A stretch of 64,000 nucleotides of DNA. Source: Hyphomonas sp. (GTDB taxonomy: Bacteria > Pseudomonadota > Alphaproteobacteria > Caulobacterales > Hyphomonadaceae). This document shows positions 27,701 through 37,400 of this stretch, one piece after another (the first letter of the stretch is position 1; every line of letters starts with the position of its first letter). The translations under genes were made by a program, and so were the position numbers. The stretch is taken from positions 2,645,646 through 2,709,645 of the forward strand of contig NZ_OZ260087.1 of NCBI RefSeq assembly GCF_965284475.1, read 5' to 3'. The notes beneath the pieces were generated by a model. That model searched no databases. It saw only the letters and a list, made by a program, of their open reading frames with translations, and was not told the origin of the DNA.

Positions 27701-30700
27701 ACGGAGAAATTCTGCTGCTGACAGCTTCGCTGGCGCCGGCTCCCACTGAATCTCGTACTGACTTGGCGCATTTGTTCGATAACCGTCAGCGCGGGTGAGC
27801 TGAATTCCGGTTACAACGCCAATGCAGTTGCCTTCACCGTCAAAGATTGTGGAATCGACGCGCTGTCGGCGTTCACCCTGAGGACTTTTAAGTGTTGCGC
27901 GGCACCAAATGCTGGATGGCAGCGGACCCGACAGTGAAATATGTTCGATACCGGTCAGGAAGAAGAGCGGGCTTTCTTCGTTTTTCTTTCTCGGCAAACT
28001 TGCCCCGGCCGTTTGAAGAATGCCATCAAGCAGGCCAGGGTCGGCAAAAGATACTGCGAGAGGTGACAGCCCCTCGGGGAGCGCGAGCCGGGCTATGGCG
28101 ACGCCATTCTTTGTATGCAGCCGGTCAAGTGCTCGAAAGCGACCGGAAAGCTTGATGCCAAGGCCTTCCAGCATCGCAAGATGGGTCGCCGCCAGATTGT
28201 CTGGGTGAAGCTCGGTCGCGGCGGCTTCGATATCTTCGGCTTCAGTCGCAAAGTGGACGGCTGGGAATGTGAGTGTCCCTTCCGCATGCCGCGTCCAGGA
28301 TGTGTCCGATCCGAATTGCGGTCTGCTGTGAATCGAGAAGTCCACCCGGCCGCCAGATTCAGTTCCCAAACGTGTCTCGACTATAAGCGGTGCGCTCTCC
28401 AGCCGCATGGCATGTTCGATAGTGAAATTCTCGATGGACCAATCAGCTGCACCCAAGGCCTTTGTGGCGGCACCTACCGCCATGGACAGATAGACGGGCC
28501 CGGCGACCAGAGTACTTCCGTGCACGATGTGATCTGAAAGCCAGTCATGGCTATCGCTTGAGAGCAAGGTTTCAAAAACAAGCCCGTTGGCGTCTCTTTG
28601 TGTTCCGGCAAGCAAGGCTGCTGAAGATCTGGCCTGGTCGGGACTTTTGGGCCGATGGCTGCTCTCGATCCAGAACCGGCTGCGCTGGAAAGGATACGTC
28701 GGCAAGGAAACCGGTCGTGGCCGGGGTGTCGGGACGGTTCGATTCCAGTTGACCGACACGCCCTCTACGAACAGCTTTCCCAATGCATCGGCCATCTCTG
28801 CCCAATCATCGTGGTCACGCCTCAGGGAGCCTATAAACGCAGGCATGCAGTCGGAACTGGTATCATCGAGATCTCTTGCAGCGAGCGCTGCCAGGACTGG
28901 ATGCGGGCCGAGTTCGAGGAATACGCGATGCCCGGCGTTGCGCAGGCTCGACATGCCAGCGGAAAACTGAACGGGCTCGCGAAGATGACGCCTCCAGTAG
29001 GCCGCATCAGGTGCGCCGTCGGGTAGTTGAGCGCCGCCCGTGAGGTTCCAGGCGACAGGAATGCTCGGCGGGCGGGCGGTGATGCCGGTCGCAACCGCTT
29101 CCATTGCGTCGAGGGCAGAGTCTACCAGCGGCGAATGGGCAGCAAATGATATATGGAGGCGATGCCCATGCATGCCCTGTTTTGCCAATTGCGACAAAAC
29201 CGCATCAATGCCCGTCAGGCTACCGGAAATCGCGACACTATCGCGCGCATTCACGGCGGCGATGGAAACCTCTCCCTTGAATGGAAGGATCAGTTCTGCA
29301 ACCTCTGCTTCGCTGAGGAAAAGAGCCGCCATTGCGCCGCCGGCCGGGAGTCCGGACAGGAGCTTGCCTCGTTCGGCAACCAGTTTCAGTCCATCTTCAA
29401 GAGTAAAGACGCCTGCTATTTCTGCCGCTGCGAATTCACCTGCAGAATGACCAATTACGGCCGATGGCTCGACGCCCCATGAACGCCAGACGGCGGCCAG
29501 GCCACATTCGACGGCGTATAATGCTGGTTGTGTCCACTCAGTCTGGTGAATCGGGGCTTCAGGTCCTTGTCCCGAATTCATCACGTCAATCAGTGTGCGG
29601 CCATCCGGTTGCGGTCCTAACGCCGCATCGCAGCGCTCTATGACTTCCCGAAAAACGGAAGAATGCTCGAAAAGGCCACGCGCCATTCCTGGATACTGCG
29701 CGCCCTGTCCGGTACAAAGAAAGACGACATCAGACGATTGCCCCGGTGCAACATGCCCGCAGTTCAGGCGCGGTGATCCCCTGCCGTTGATATAGTCGTT
29801 CAGCGCCTCAACTGCGCCCTGCTTGGTTGATGCGGAAATGGCCAGACGCTCCGGCAGATGTGCCCTGCCGGTCGCAAGCGTGTATGCGATGGATCCAAGG
29901 TCTGAATCACTTTCCGAGATGGCGGAACTTAGGCGCCTGGCCTGGGCCAGAAGCGCTACCTTGCTGCGGGCGGAAACCGGGAGACAGTATGACGACAACC
30001 CGGCACGCGTAGGTGTACCAGTCGGCTGCCGCGCGGACTCAAGAACGATGTGAGCATTGGTGCCACTAAAGCCAAATGAGCTGACACCTGCCAGTCGACG
30101 CCCGTCCATTGTCGGCCAGCCTCGTGCCTTGGTCGGTATTTCCACTCCCGCGCTATCCCAGTCAATCCCGGGATTGCCTTCATTGAAATGCAGATGTGGT
30201 GGGATTATCCCATGGTGCAGAGCCAGCGCAGTCTTGATGACGCCGGCGATACCCGCTGCGCTTTCGAGATGGCCGAAATTGGTTTTTGCCGAGCCAACAA
30301 TAAGGGGCTGGTCTGGTGTCCGCCCGGATGTGAGGGCCGCTGAAATAGCCCGGATTTCAATCGGGTCGCCGAGTCGGGTGCCGGTGCCGTGCGCTTCGAC
30401 GTAGCTGATCTCCTGCGGGGTGACGCCAGCATTGGTCAATGCCGCCCTTATCAGTGCTTCCTGCGCGCTTCGACTTGGAACAGTGAGGCCGGCGCTTCGC
30501 CCGTCCTGATTGAGGGCGCTGCCCCGAATGACGGCATAAACCTGGTCATTGTCGCGTTCGGCATCCTCAAGCCTCTTGAGAGCAACAAGTCCGCAGCCTT
30601 CGCCGCGCGAAAATCCATCTGCAGACGCATCAAATGCTTTGCAGCGACCATCCGGAGCGAGCATACCTGCCTTCGACAGCGATACCATGGTTTCAGGTTC

Positions 30701-31417
30701 GCAGATAACATTGACCCCGCCCGCCAGCGCCAGAGAACACTCGCGGGTGCGCAGAGACACTATGGCCTGATGCACAGCCACCAGCGAGGATGAGCATGCT
30801 GTATCGACCGAAATCGCCGGTCCACTGAATCCCAATGTGTAGGATATCCGTCCTGCAGCAACGCTCGAAGCATTGCCGGATGCAATGTAAGCATCGATTT
30901 TTTCGGCTCCGCGCGCCAGCACCCTGTGGAAATGGTCACTGTTGCAAATCCCGACAAACACGCCTGTCTGGCTTCCCGCAAGACTGTTTGGCGCTATCCC
31001 TGCATGCTCGAGCGTTTCCCACGCAACCTCCAGCAATAATCGCTGTTGCGGGTCCATCGTTGCAGCTTCGCGCGGCGTAATCCCGAAACTGGCCGGGTCA
31101 AAGTCTGTGATGTTGTCAAGGAATCCGCCCCGTTTGGCGGACATTCTGCCGCTTGTTTCCGGATCAGGGTCAAACCATTCATCTGCATTCCAGCGGTCAG
31201 CCGGGATATCGCGTATGGCTTCCCTGCCTTCGAGCAAAAACTTCCAATACGTATCCGGACTATCAATACCGCCAGGAAATCTGCAGCCTATGCCGACGAT
31301 TGCAATTGGAGCAGTCTGCGCTGTCTTTGTCTGTTCCAGCTCCTTGCTAAGCCGGAGTGCCAGCACGGCCAGTTGCTTCTGGGACAGCTTTTGAATGCGT
31401 TCAAGAAAATCGGTCAT
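24794..31417 (-). CDS. Modular type I PKS 'E': KS-AT(FAAH)-DH(atypical)-cMT-KR(A-like)-ACP
   Basis: KS DTACSSS/HGTGT/NFGH; AT GHSAG and FAAH; DH DHIVHGSTLVAGP; MT LEIGGGTGG, FTDVS and ANVLHAT; KR TGGFGGLG with no LDD and AHYAAAN; ACP GMDSL. Confidence 0.92.
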   Translation of the reverse strand: MTDFLERIQKLSQKQLAVLALRLSKELEQTKTAQTAPIAIVGIGCRFPGGIDSPDTYWKFLLEGREAIRDIPADRWNADEWFDPDPETSGRMSAKRGGFLDNITDFDPASFGITPREAATMDPQQRLLLEVAWETLEHAGIAPNSLAGSQTGVFVGICNSDHFHRVLARGAEKIDAYIASGNASSVAAGRISYTLGFSGPAISVDTACSSSLVAVHQAIVSLRTRECSLALAGGVNVICEPETMVSLSKAGMLAPDGRCKAFDASADGFSRGEGCGLVALKRLEDAERDNDQVYAVIRGSALNQDGRSAGLTVPSRSAQEALIRAALTNAGVTPQEISYVEAHGTGTRLGDPIEIRAISAALTSGRTPDQPLIVGSAKTNFGHLESAAGIAGVIKTALALHHGIIPPHLHFNEGNPGIDWDSAGVEIPTKARGWPTMDGRRLAGVSSFGFSGTNAHIVLESARQPTGTPTRAGLSSYCLPVSARSKVALLAQARRLSSAISESDSDLGSIAYTLATGRAHLPERLAISASTKQGAVEALNDYINGRGSPRLNCGHVAPGQSSDVVFLCTGQGAQYPGMARGLFEHSSVFREVIERCDAALGPQPDGRTLIDVMNSGQGPEAPIHQTEWTQPALYAVECGLAAVWRSWGVEPSAVIGHSAGEFAAAEIAGVFTLEDGLKLVAERGKLLSGLPAGGAMAALFLSEAEVAELILPFKGEVSIAAVNARDSVAISGSLTGIDAVLSQLAKQGMHGHRLHISFAAHSPLVDSALDAMEAVATGITARPPSIPVAWNLTGGAQLPDGAPDAAYWRRHLREPVQFSAGMSSLRNAGHRVFLELGPHPVLAALAARDLDDTSSDCMPAFIGSLRRDHDDWAEMADALGKLFVEGVSVNWNRTVPTPRPRPVSLPTYPFQRSRFWIESSHRPKSPDQARSSAALLAGTQRDANGLVFETLLSSDSHDWLSDHIVHGSTLVAGPVYLSMAVGAATKALGAADWSIENFTIEHAMRLESAPLIVETRLGTESGGRVDFSIHSRPQFGSDTSWTRHAEGTLTFPAVHFATEAEDIEAAATELHPDNLAATHLAMLEGLGIKLSGRFRALDRLHTKNGVAIARLALPEGLSPLAVSFADPGLLDGILQTAGASLPRKKNEESPLFFLTGIEHISLSGPLPSSIWCRATLKSPQGERRQRVDSTIFDGEGNCIGVVTGIQLTRADGYRTNAPSQYEIQWEPAPAKLSAAEFLRSPESVHSALESAFTDLATAHGLGSYDDLLPALDHISLAYVSKAFRDLGFDESVGRRFMATEEAKRLSVAPDQTQLFSRLLQILAEENILSTDGTEFWPIYPLPRHDAADLYERAVEQFGSKCAELSILRRCGVALADVLKGEKNAVGLLFPDGSLEEARQLYIEAPFARTFNGAIAELLRQVIQTVPDDHRVRILEIGGGTGGSTGSILAAFEGRQIEYVFTDVSPHFLDDASRTYGHVAGFSTDILNIESDPASQGQELESFDIVVAANVLHATEDLCKAVLHAQSLLSPGGQLLLLEGVAPERWVDLTFGMTPGWWRFSDKSLRPDYPLISAAAWSELLHQTGLNQIARVGGEARLGRAGAQQMLIAARKPESKRHIAIVGDAGEFQEAVTHTFEARGFAVHPEAEISSDEPCDIVYLGALALANPGFAPDMSAFTEMEEAAFMAPLRHLLRLAEKHDGSRLWVATRGVHCCDGSQPAAHSRWQAPALGFGRTAALEAPSSWGGLIDLDSEDQLTAQASALVKSIVTRDDEDQCAWRNGQRFVPRLCEVPAISEETVRFDANGTYLVTGGFGGLGTIVAKWLADHGAGRVALLGRNPEPDGPAMTAIREAGADAVAIKVDIADEASLEDALNDLLLSGPPLRGTIHAAAHLEAVAMGDLSLSQVDAMLRPKIAGTLALEATLSKRGADFLALFSSTTAVLGAPGFAHYAAANAFLDASAQNPGTGGLNVLSVGWGTWDTMRLASDDIQRTYSEQGLQPMYAEAALDALGGLINAPQSGQRLVASIDWGRLKALHETRRPRPLLSKLGHADQAAPDSLKAPQANNDSSSAAKDLLDKLANAHESARRDILAQFVAAEAAIVMGEASGDAISPDRGLFEMGMDSLMSVELRRRLEVGTGLKLPTTVTFNYPNVNALAGFLDSRFGIQTSPAKMETTGKTELSQPVDDYDSISEEDLAARLRATLDSLE

Positions 31418-34400
31418 GCTTCATCCTTTGCATTCAGTCCCAGCATGAGATCCAGTTCTTCTTCGCTAAGGTCTTCAAGTCCGTCCAGCGCGCTGGCGCC
31501 AGCGCTCTGCGGTGACACTGCCATGGCAACATCAGCTGGCGCGGCGATGAATTCAGCGATCAGGGTTTCTCCCAAAGTGTTGATAGTGGGGCTTTCGAAG
31601 AGCAGCGTGGCAGGTAGCTTTCGTCCAAGTGCCCGGCCCAACCGGTTGCGTAGTTCGATCGCCAGGAGTGAATCAAGTCCCATCTCGCCGAAGGGCATTT
31701 CCGGATCAATTCTTCGGCCGGCTGGCAGTGCAAATGTCGTGCGGAGCATGTCTTCAATGAATAGATCAAGAACCTTGCGCTTTTGGTCATCTGGCGCACC
31801 CTTGATGCGGTCATGCAGATCGACTGGTTCAGGGTTTCCACCCGCTCGCTCATTTTTACCGTGATTGCGACCTGGTACAGGCCCGGCAGTGGTGCCTGAA
31901 TCCTCTCGTCTTATCAAATCAGAGAATACCGGATTGGCTGGTCCTCCCCGCCATTCAGACAGTTTCCGCCAATTTACCGGGGCCACGGCAACCTGGCCTG
32001 TGGCTGTATTCATCAGGTAGGCGCTTGCTGCGCGTCCCTCGGCTGGCGACAGGGCTGAAATGCCTTGCTCGGAAAGCCGCGCCAGGGTGTTGTTTCCTGC
32101 GGCCGCGCCAATATCGCTCCACGGGCCCCAGTCAATCGCGAGCCCCGGCAGTCCGCGGCTGTTTCGCTCGCGCATGATGCTTCCAAGCGCAGCATTGGCC
32201 GCCGAGTGGTTTGATTGGGTCGGTGAGCCCAATACGGCGGAGAGCGATGAATACACACAGAAAATATCGATCGGGTCGCTGCGGCTGAGTTTCTCAAGGA
32301 TATAGGTCCCGTCGACCTTTGGGGCCATGACGGTTCGAACCGTTTCGGCGTTTTGTTGCTGTATGCCCGCATCGGCAAGCGTACCTGCTGAATGAATGAT
32401 CCCGCGAAGAGGGGGACCATCCTTGCGGATGCTTGAGAACAGGCGCTCCATGGCGGCTTCGTCAGTTACGTCCACTCTGTGGCTTTCGATGAGTGCACCA
32501 TTTTTGCGGAGCGCGTCCAATACAGTTTCAGCCTCGGAAGACGGCGTACTGCGTGCCGTCGCGACAATACGGCCGGCGCCTTCCTCAGCTAACAGGCGGA
32601 CGGTGTCGAGGCCAATGCCCGAAAGGCCACCGGTAACAAGGTAGGTGCCAGACTTGCGGATAGTGGGCCGTGGCGGGTCTTGCCAGCCAATCACGATCTT
32701 GCCGACATGCCCTGCTTGAGCCATCAGTCTAAACGCATCGGTAATCCGGTCCGGGCCAAAGTTGTGCTGAGGGAGAGGGGTGAGAATGCCCGCATTGAAT
32801 TCAGCAACGACCCTTTGCAGGATCTTACCAATGTAAGCCGGGTCTTCGTCGGCAACATGGCCCCAGTTCACAGGAAGGTATTCAAACGCGTTCACTTGGC
32901 GAGCGGACGTTTCTTCATCCCGCACGTCACGAACGCCGAGTTCAATAAAACGCCCACCCTTTACCAGGATACGCATGCTGGCATCGACCATGTCGCCGGT
33001 CAGCGCATTCAGTACCAGATCAACGCCCCGTCCGTTGGTTGCCTCCAGCACTTCATCTGCGAACTTTGAGTTTCGAGAATCCATGACGAGCTTCGCGCCC
33101 AGACGGCTGACGAGCTTCCGCTTCTCGGGGCTTCCAGCCGTCGCATAGATTTCTGCTCCGGCGGCACGGGCAATTTGAACGGCTGCCATGCCGACGCCCC
33201 CAGAGGCTGCATGGATCAGAACGCGATCACCAGCCGCTATCTTTCCAAGTTCGCGAAGGCAGTAGTCGGCTGTTACGAAAGGAATGGCGAATGCGGAACC
33301 ATCCAGCATGTTGAAGTCGTCAGGAAGATGCGCTGCAAGGGCGGCTGGCAGCGTGACATGTGACGCGAACGCGCCACTTGTCAGAGCAACGACAGCGTCA
33401 CCTGTTTCAAACCCCTCAACGCCTGTTCCCTTGGCGACCACGCGGCCTGCGCATTCGCCGCCAAGAGGAGGAGCACCCGGATATTCGCCAAGGGCGTTGA
33501 GCACATCGCGGAAATTCAATCCTGTCGATTCGACTGCAACTTCAATTTCTCCCGGGCCGGGCACGCGCCGCCGCAATGGTTGACGTTGAAGCTGGTCCAG
33601 ACTTCCTGGTGCAGCATTTACAAGTCGCCACGGTTCGGTGTGTCCTGCTTCCATGGTTTCGGGACGCCATGGCCGGAGCCTTGCTACATACCGTTTCCCC
33701 CCTCTGATCGCGATCTCGGTCTCATTGTCCTGACACAGGAGCGAGGCGGCGATCACAGCATGGCTCTCAACGTCAGGGTCGAGATCAATGCGGCGGCATG
33801 CAAGTTCCGGCAACTCCAGGGGAAGGCTTTTGGCTAGCCCGCCAATGGCTGCGCTGGCTGGTCTGAGTTTCGATTCAGTGCCGGATACGTCCTCTCCTCC
33901 CTTCGTCAGGAAAGTGAGTCTGCTGGTCGGGCTTGCCTTCAGGGCTGCTTGAGATGCGGACAGGGCGGAGATGAAACGCTCCGACACATCTGTCACGCTG
34001 TCATCATCAACAATAACGATCTCGTCGAAGGGCTGGCTTTGATCCAGGAATGCTTCGAGACTGGATTCGCTGTCCGCGCCTGAACTCCGATGGAACACCG
34101 AAACCGTCTGGCCGGCAATCGTCAGTTCTTCTGCGAACGCGTCAGCCTTGGATTGTGATGAGGAGGCGATCAGCCAACGCTCAGAGCACTTGCTGGCCGA
34201 TGCAACCAGGATGGTTTGCGATCCCCGGCAGCCGGGCACATCTGGATCGCCGTCGATCGCCATGACGTCTCCGAGACCTGCCTCCTTGAGGAGGTTGATC
34301 CATGCCGATTTTGTGAGCAACGGGGTCTTGTACCTGAGGTGAGTGTCCTCGTAGGCCCACCAGCCAGGCGTCAGGCCAACTGTCAGATCAAACCAGCGCT

Positions 34401-37400
34401 GCGGTTTTGTCACTTCCAGTATCACCAGCCGTCCGACGGGCGACATGACGTTTCTTAGGCGCTGCAGCGTCTCGCCCAGGTTTCTGGTAGCATGTACAAC
34501 ATTGGCGCCAATCACGACATCAATCGAATGCGCCTCAATGCCCTGTTCAATCAGGTCGCGTTCGAGATCAATCGTCTTGAACCGCATACCTGACCGATGC
34601 CCAAAACGGCTTTGGGCGCGATCGACAAAACTCTGTCCAATGTCAGTAAATGTGTAGTCAGCTTCTGCGTTCAGCTTTTCGACAAGACGTGCGGTTGTGC
34701 CGCCCGTACCACCGCCAATTTCCAGAATTCTGATGGTGCGTCCATGGGATACGAGATGAGCCACCATCTCCGAGATCAGCCCGTTGAAGTAGATCGACGT
34801 GGGCACGTCGCGGTAGAGTGCTTCATTCGCTTCGGTGCTGCCCGCCGGGAACAGCAGTTCCAGCGGATCGCAGTCACCGACCAGCGCCTGTGCGAATCCG
34901 GATTGTGCCCTGAGGACAATGTCCAGTTCAGGCGCGGCGGCCGGCGGAGCAGATTTACGCAGAATGTCTGCAAGCTCGCTGAATTGGGTTTGCTTCAGCT
35001 CACGCACAACCAGCCAGTCCTCACGAACCTGCTGCAGGTCTCCTGCTTCCGCCAGTATCTCCAGCAGGCGGTTGAACAGACGGTAGTGTCGCGGCAGAAT
35101 CTTCAAACTATCTGCAAGAACAGCTGCATTGAATCTTTCACCTGCCGACGGCGCCCAACCAAGTGCGCCAAACGTGTTCCGGACGAATTCGACACAGACG
35201 TCCTCCAGTCTCTGGACGAAACGGTCATAGGCCTCGAGATTGGCCTCCGCGGCCAGGGAGTCAGCGTGATGCTCTGCGATCGTCGAAAGCTCCTGCGGCG
35301 TTGGGACAGGCGATTGTTCGACCCAGTCCATAGTGTGAAGGGCCTCGCCCAGCGGCCGACCTGCTGCAGTGAGCGTCGCAACCGGATCAAGCTTGCGAAG
35401 CCGGACCCCCACAAGCTCCATAACCACACTGCCATCGTCAGCGTATGCTGTGATGTCGGCGGACAGCATGTCTGCCCCCTCTGCGCGAACCGTCGCGCGG
35501 GTCCAGACCTGATGTCCGGGGGGCGAATGGATTGAGAACCGGTCAATGGCGAAGGGGAGGAATGCGCTCCTGCCGGTGGCTTGAACCTGATGTGTTGCGG
35601 CTGCCACTTGCAGGCACCCGTCAAGCACGAGCGGATGGACGGGAAGAGTTGGGTCTGTGGGCAAGTCGTCCGGTATCGTCACGCGGGCCCATGCGCATTC
35701 TGGATCAGCGTGAATGTCGCTCAGGACCTTGAATGCCGGTCCCAGCACAATTCCACGCTCATGCAAATCCTCGTAAAAATGCTCCGCGTCGACCTGACTG
35801 TCAGTCGGTTTAAAAGCACTCTCTATATCGATAACGGCGGGGACATCAGGGCTGGCTGCATGCATAGCTGTGGCATGCCTGCTCCATGTTGTGCCCGCGG
35901 ACGTTCCCTGACGGCTCACCGAAAGCGTACCATCGGCTGCATGTCGAATGGTCTGCAGCTTTGTCTCCCGACCATCTCCTGGAATGGAGAGTGGTGCTTC
36001 GATAATGACATCCTCAAGTGATACGCGGCTGGCGGTCTCGGAGGCCGCCAATCCCGCGGCTGCCATCATGCTCAGCAGTGCTGCTCCGGGAACAATGAGA
36101 TCGTCGTCCACAACATGATCACGGAGCCATGCAGGTGAGCAGGCCGATGCTTCGCCTTGCCATATTCGATCAGCCGCAGCAGTCGGAATGGCGTGTCCGA
36201 AGAGGGAGCCTGTCGACTTCAACGCATTTTGGAAGTGCGCCTTTGGAGCGATCCAGTGGCGCTCTCGTGCAAAGGGATAAGTCGGGACGTCTGTTACATT
36301 GCCCCCGCGCGCCTGCTCGACGGCGCGCCAATTGATCGGCAATCCGTTCTGCCAAAGCGATCCGAGGGTCAACTGAATCTGATCCCATTCATTTCGCCCA
36401 CGACGTAATGACGCCAGAAAGGTCGCGCCTTCGCCAAAGTCATTCGCTTCGAGAGTCTCTCGGGTGAGGGCGGTCAGCACAGGCTGCGGCCCGATCTCCA
36501 CATAGATCTGTACTCCATGCTCTGCCAGAGAGGCCGCACCATCTGCAAATCGAACCGTGTCGCGCATGTGCTGGCGCCAATATGCCGGTGTGCAGATTGT
36601 TTTGGAGTCTGCGGTCTTGCCGGTGAGGTTGGAAATCAGGCGAATTCTTGGAGGCGAGAACGCGACCTGACTGGCGCGCGCCTCAAATGCGTCGAGCACA
36701 GGATCCACCATGGACGAATGAAATGCATGCGACACGGGCAAGGTGCGATAGCGGATTCCGTTCGATTCCAGGTGGCTTGCCAAATCAGACAGTGCGGAAA
36801 CAGGGCCGGCGACCACAGTTTGCTCTGGCGCGTTGACCGCGGCGACGCTCACGGCTGAAGGCAGGTATGGCAGCACCACTCCTTCGGCGGCATTGACCGA
36901 CATCATGCCTCCGCCAGCTGGCAGAGTATTCATCAGCCTGCCGCGCTCAGCCACCACGTCCAGACCGTCCTCGAAGCTCAGGATGCCCGCGACGCAAGCG
37001 GCGGCATATTCCCCGATGGAATGGCCGATCACAAGATCAGGCTCAATCCCCCAGGATTGCCACACTCGGTAGAGTGCGTACTCGATGGCAAACAGGGCAG
37101 GTTGCGTATAGCGCGTCTGATCGAGCAGGCTGTCGTCTTCGGCTGCTCCGAATATGACGTCGAGCAGCGATACTTCCAGCCGATCCTTCAGGCGTTCCGA
37201 AGCGGCGTCCAGCACCGCCTTGAAAACAGGAATGCGATCATACAGCTCCCGGCCCATCCCAATGAACTGGGCACCCTGTCCTGTGAACAGGAAGGCTACC
37301 TTTGGCCTGGACCGAATGGGACCAGTGATCAGTTGATCATCACGGGCGACTTGCAGAAACCCTGCCTGCATTTCCGCGTGCGTAGCGCCTGACACGACTG

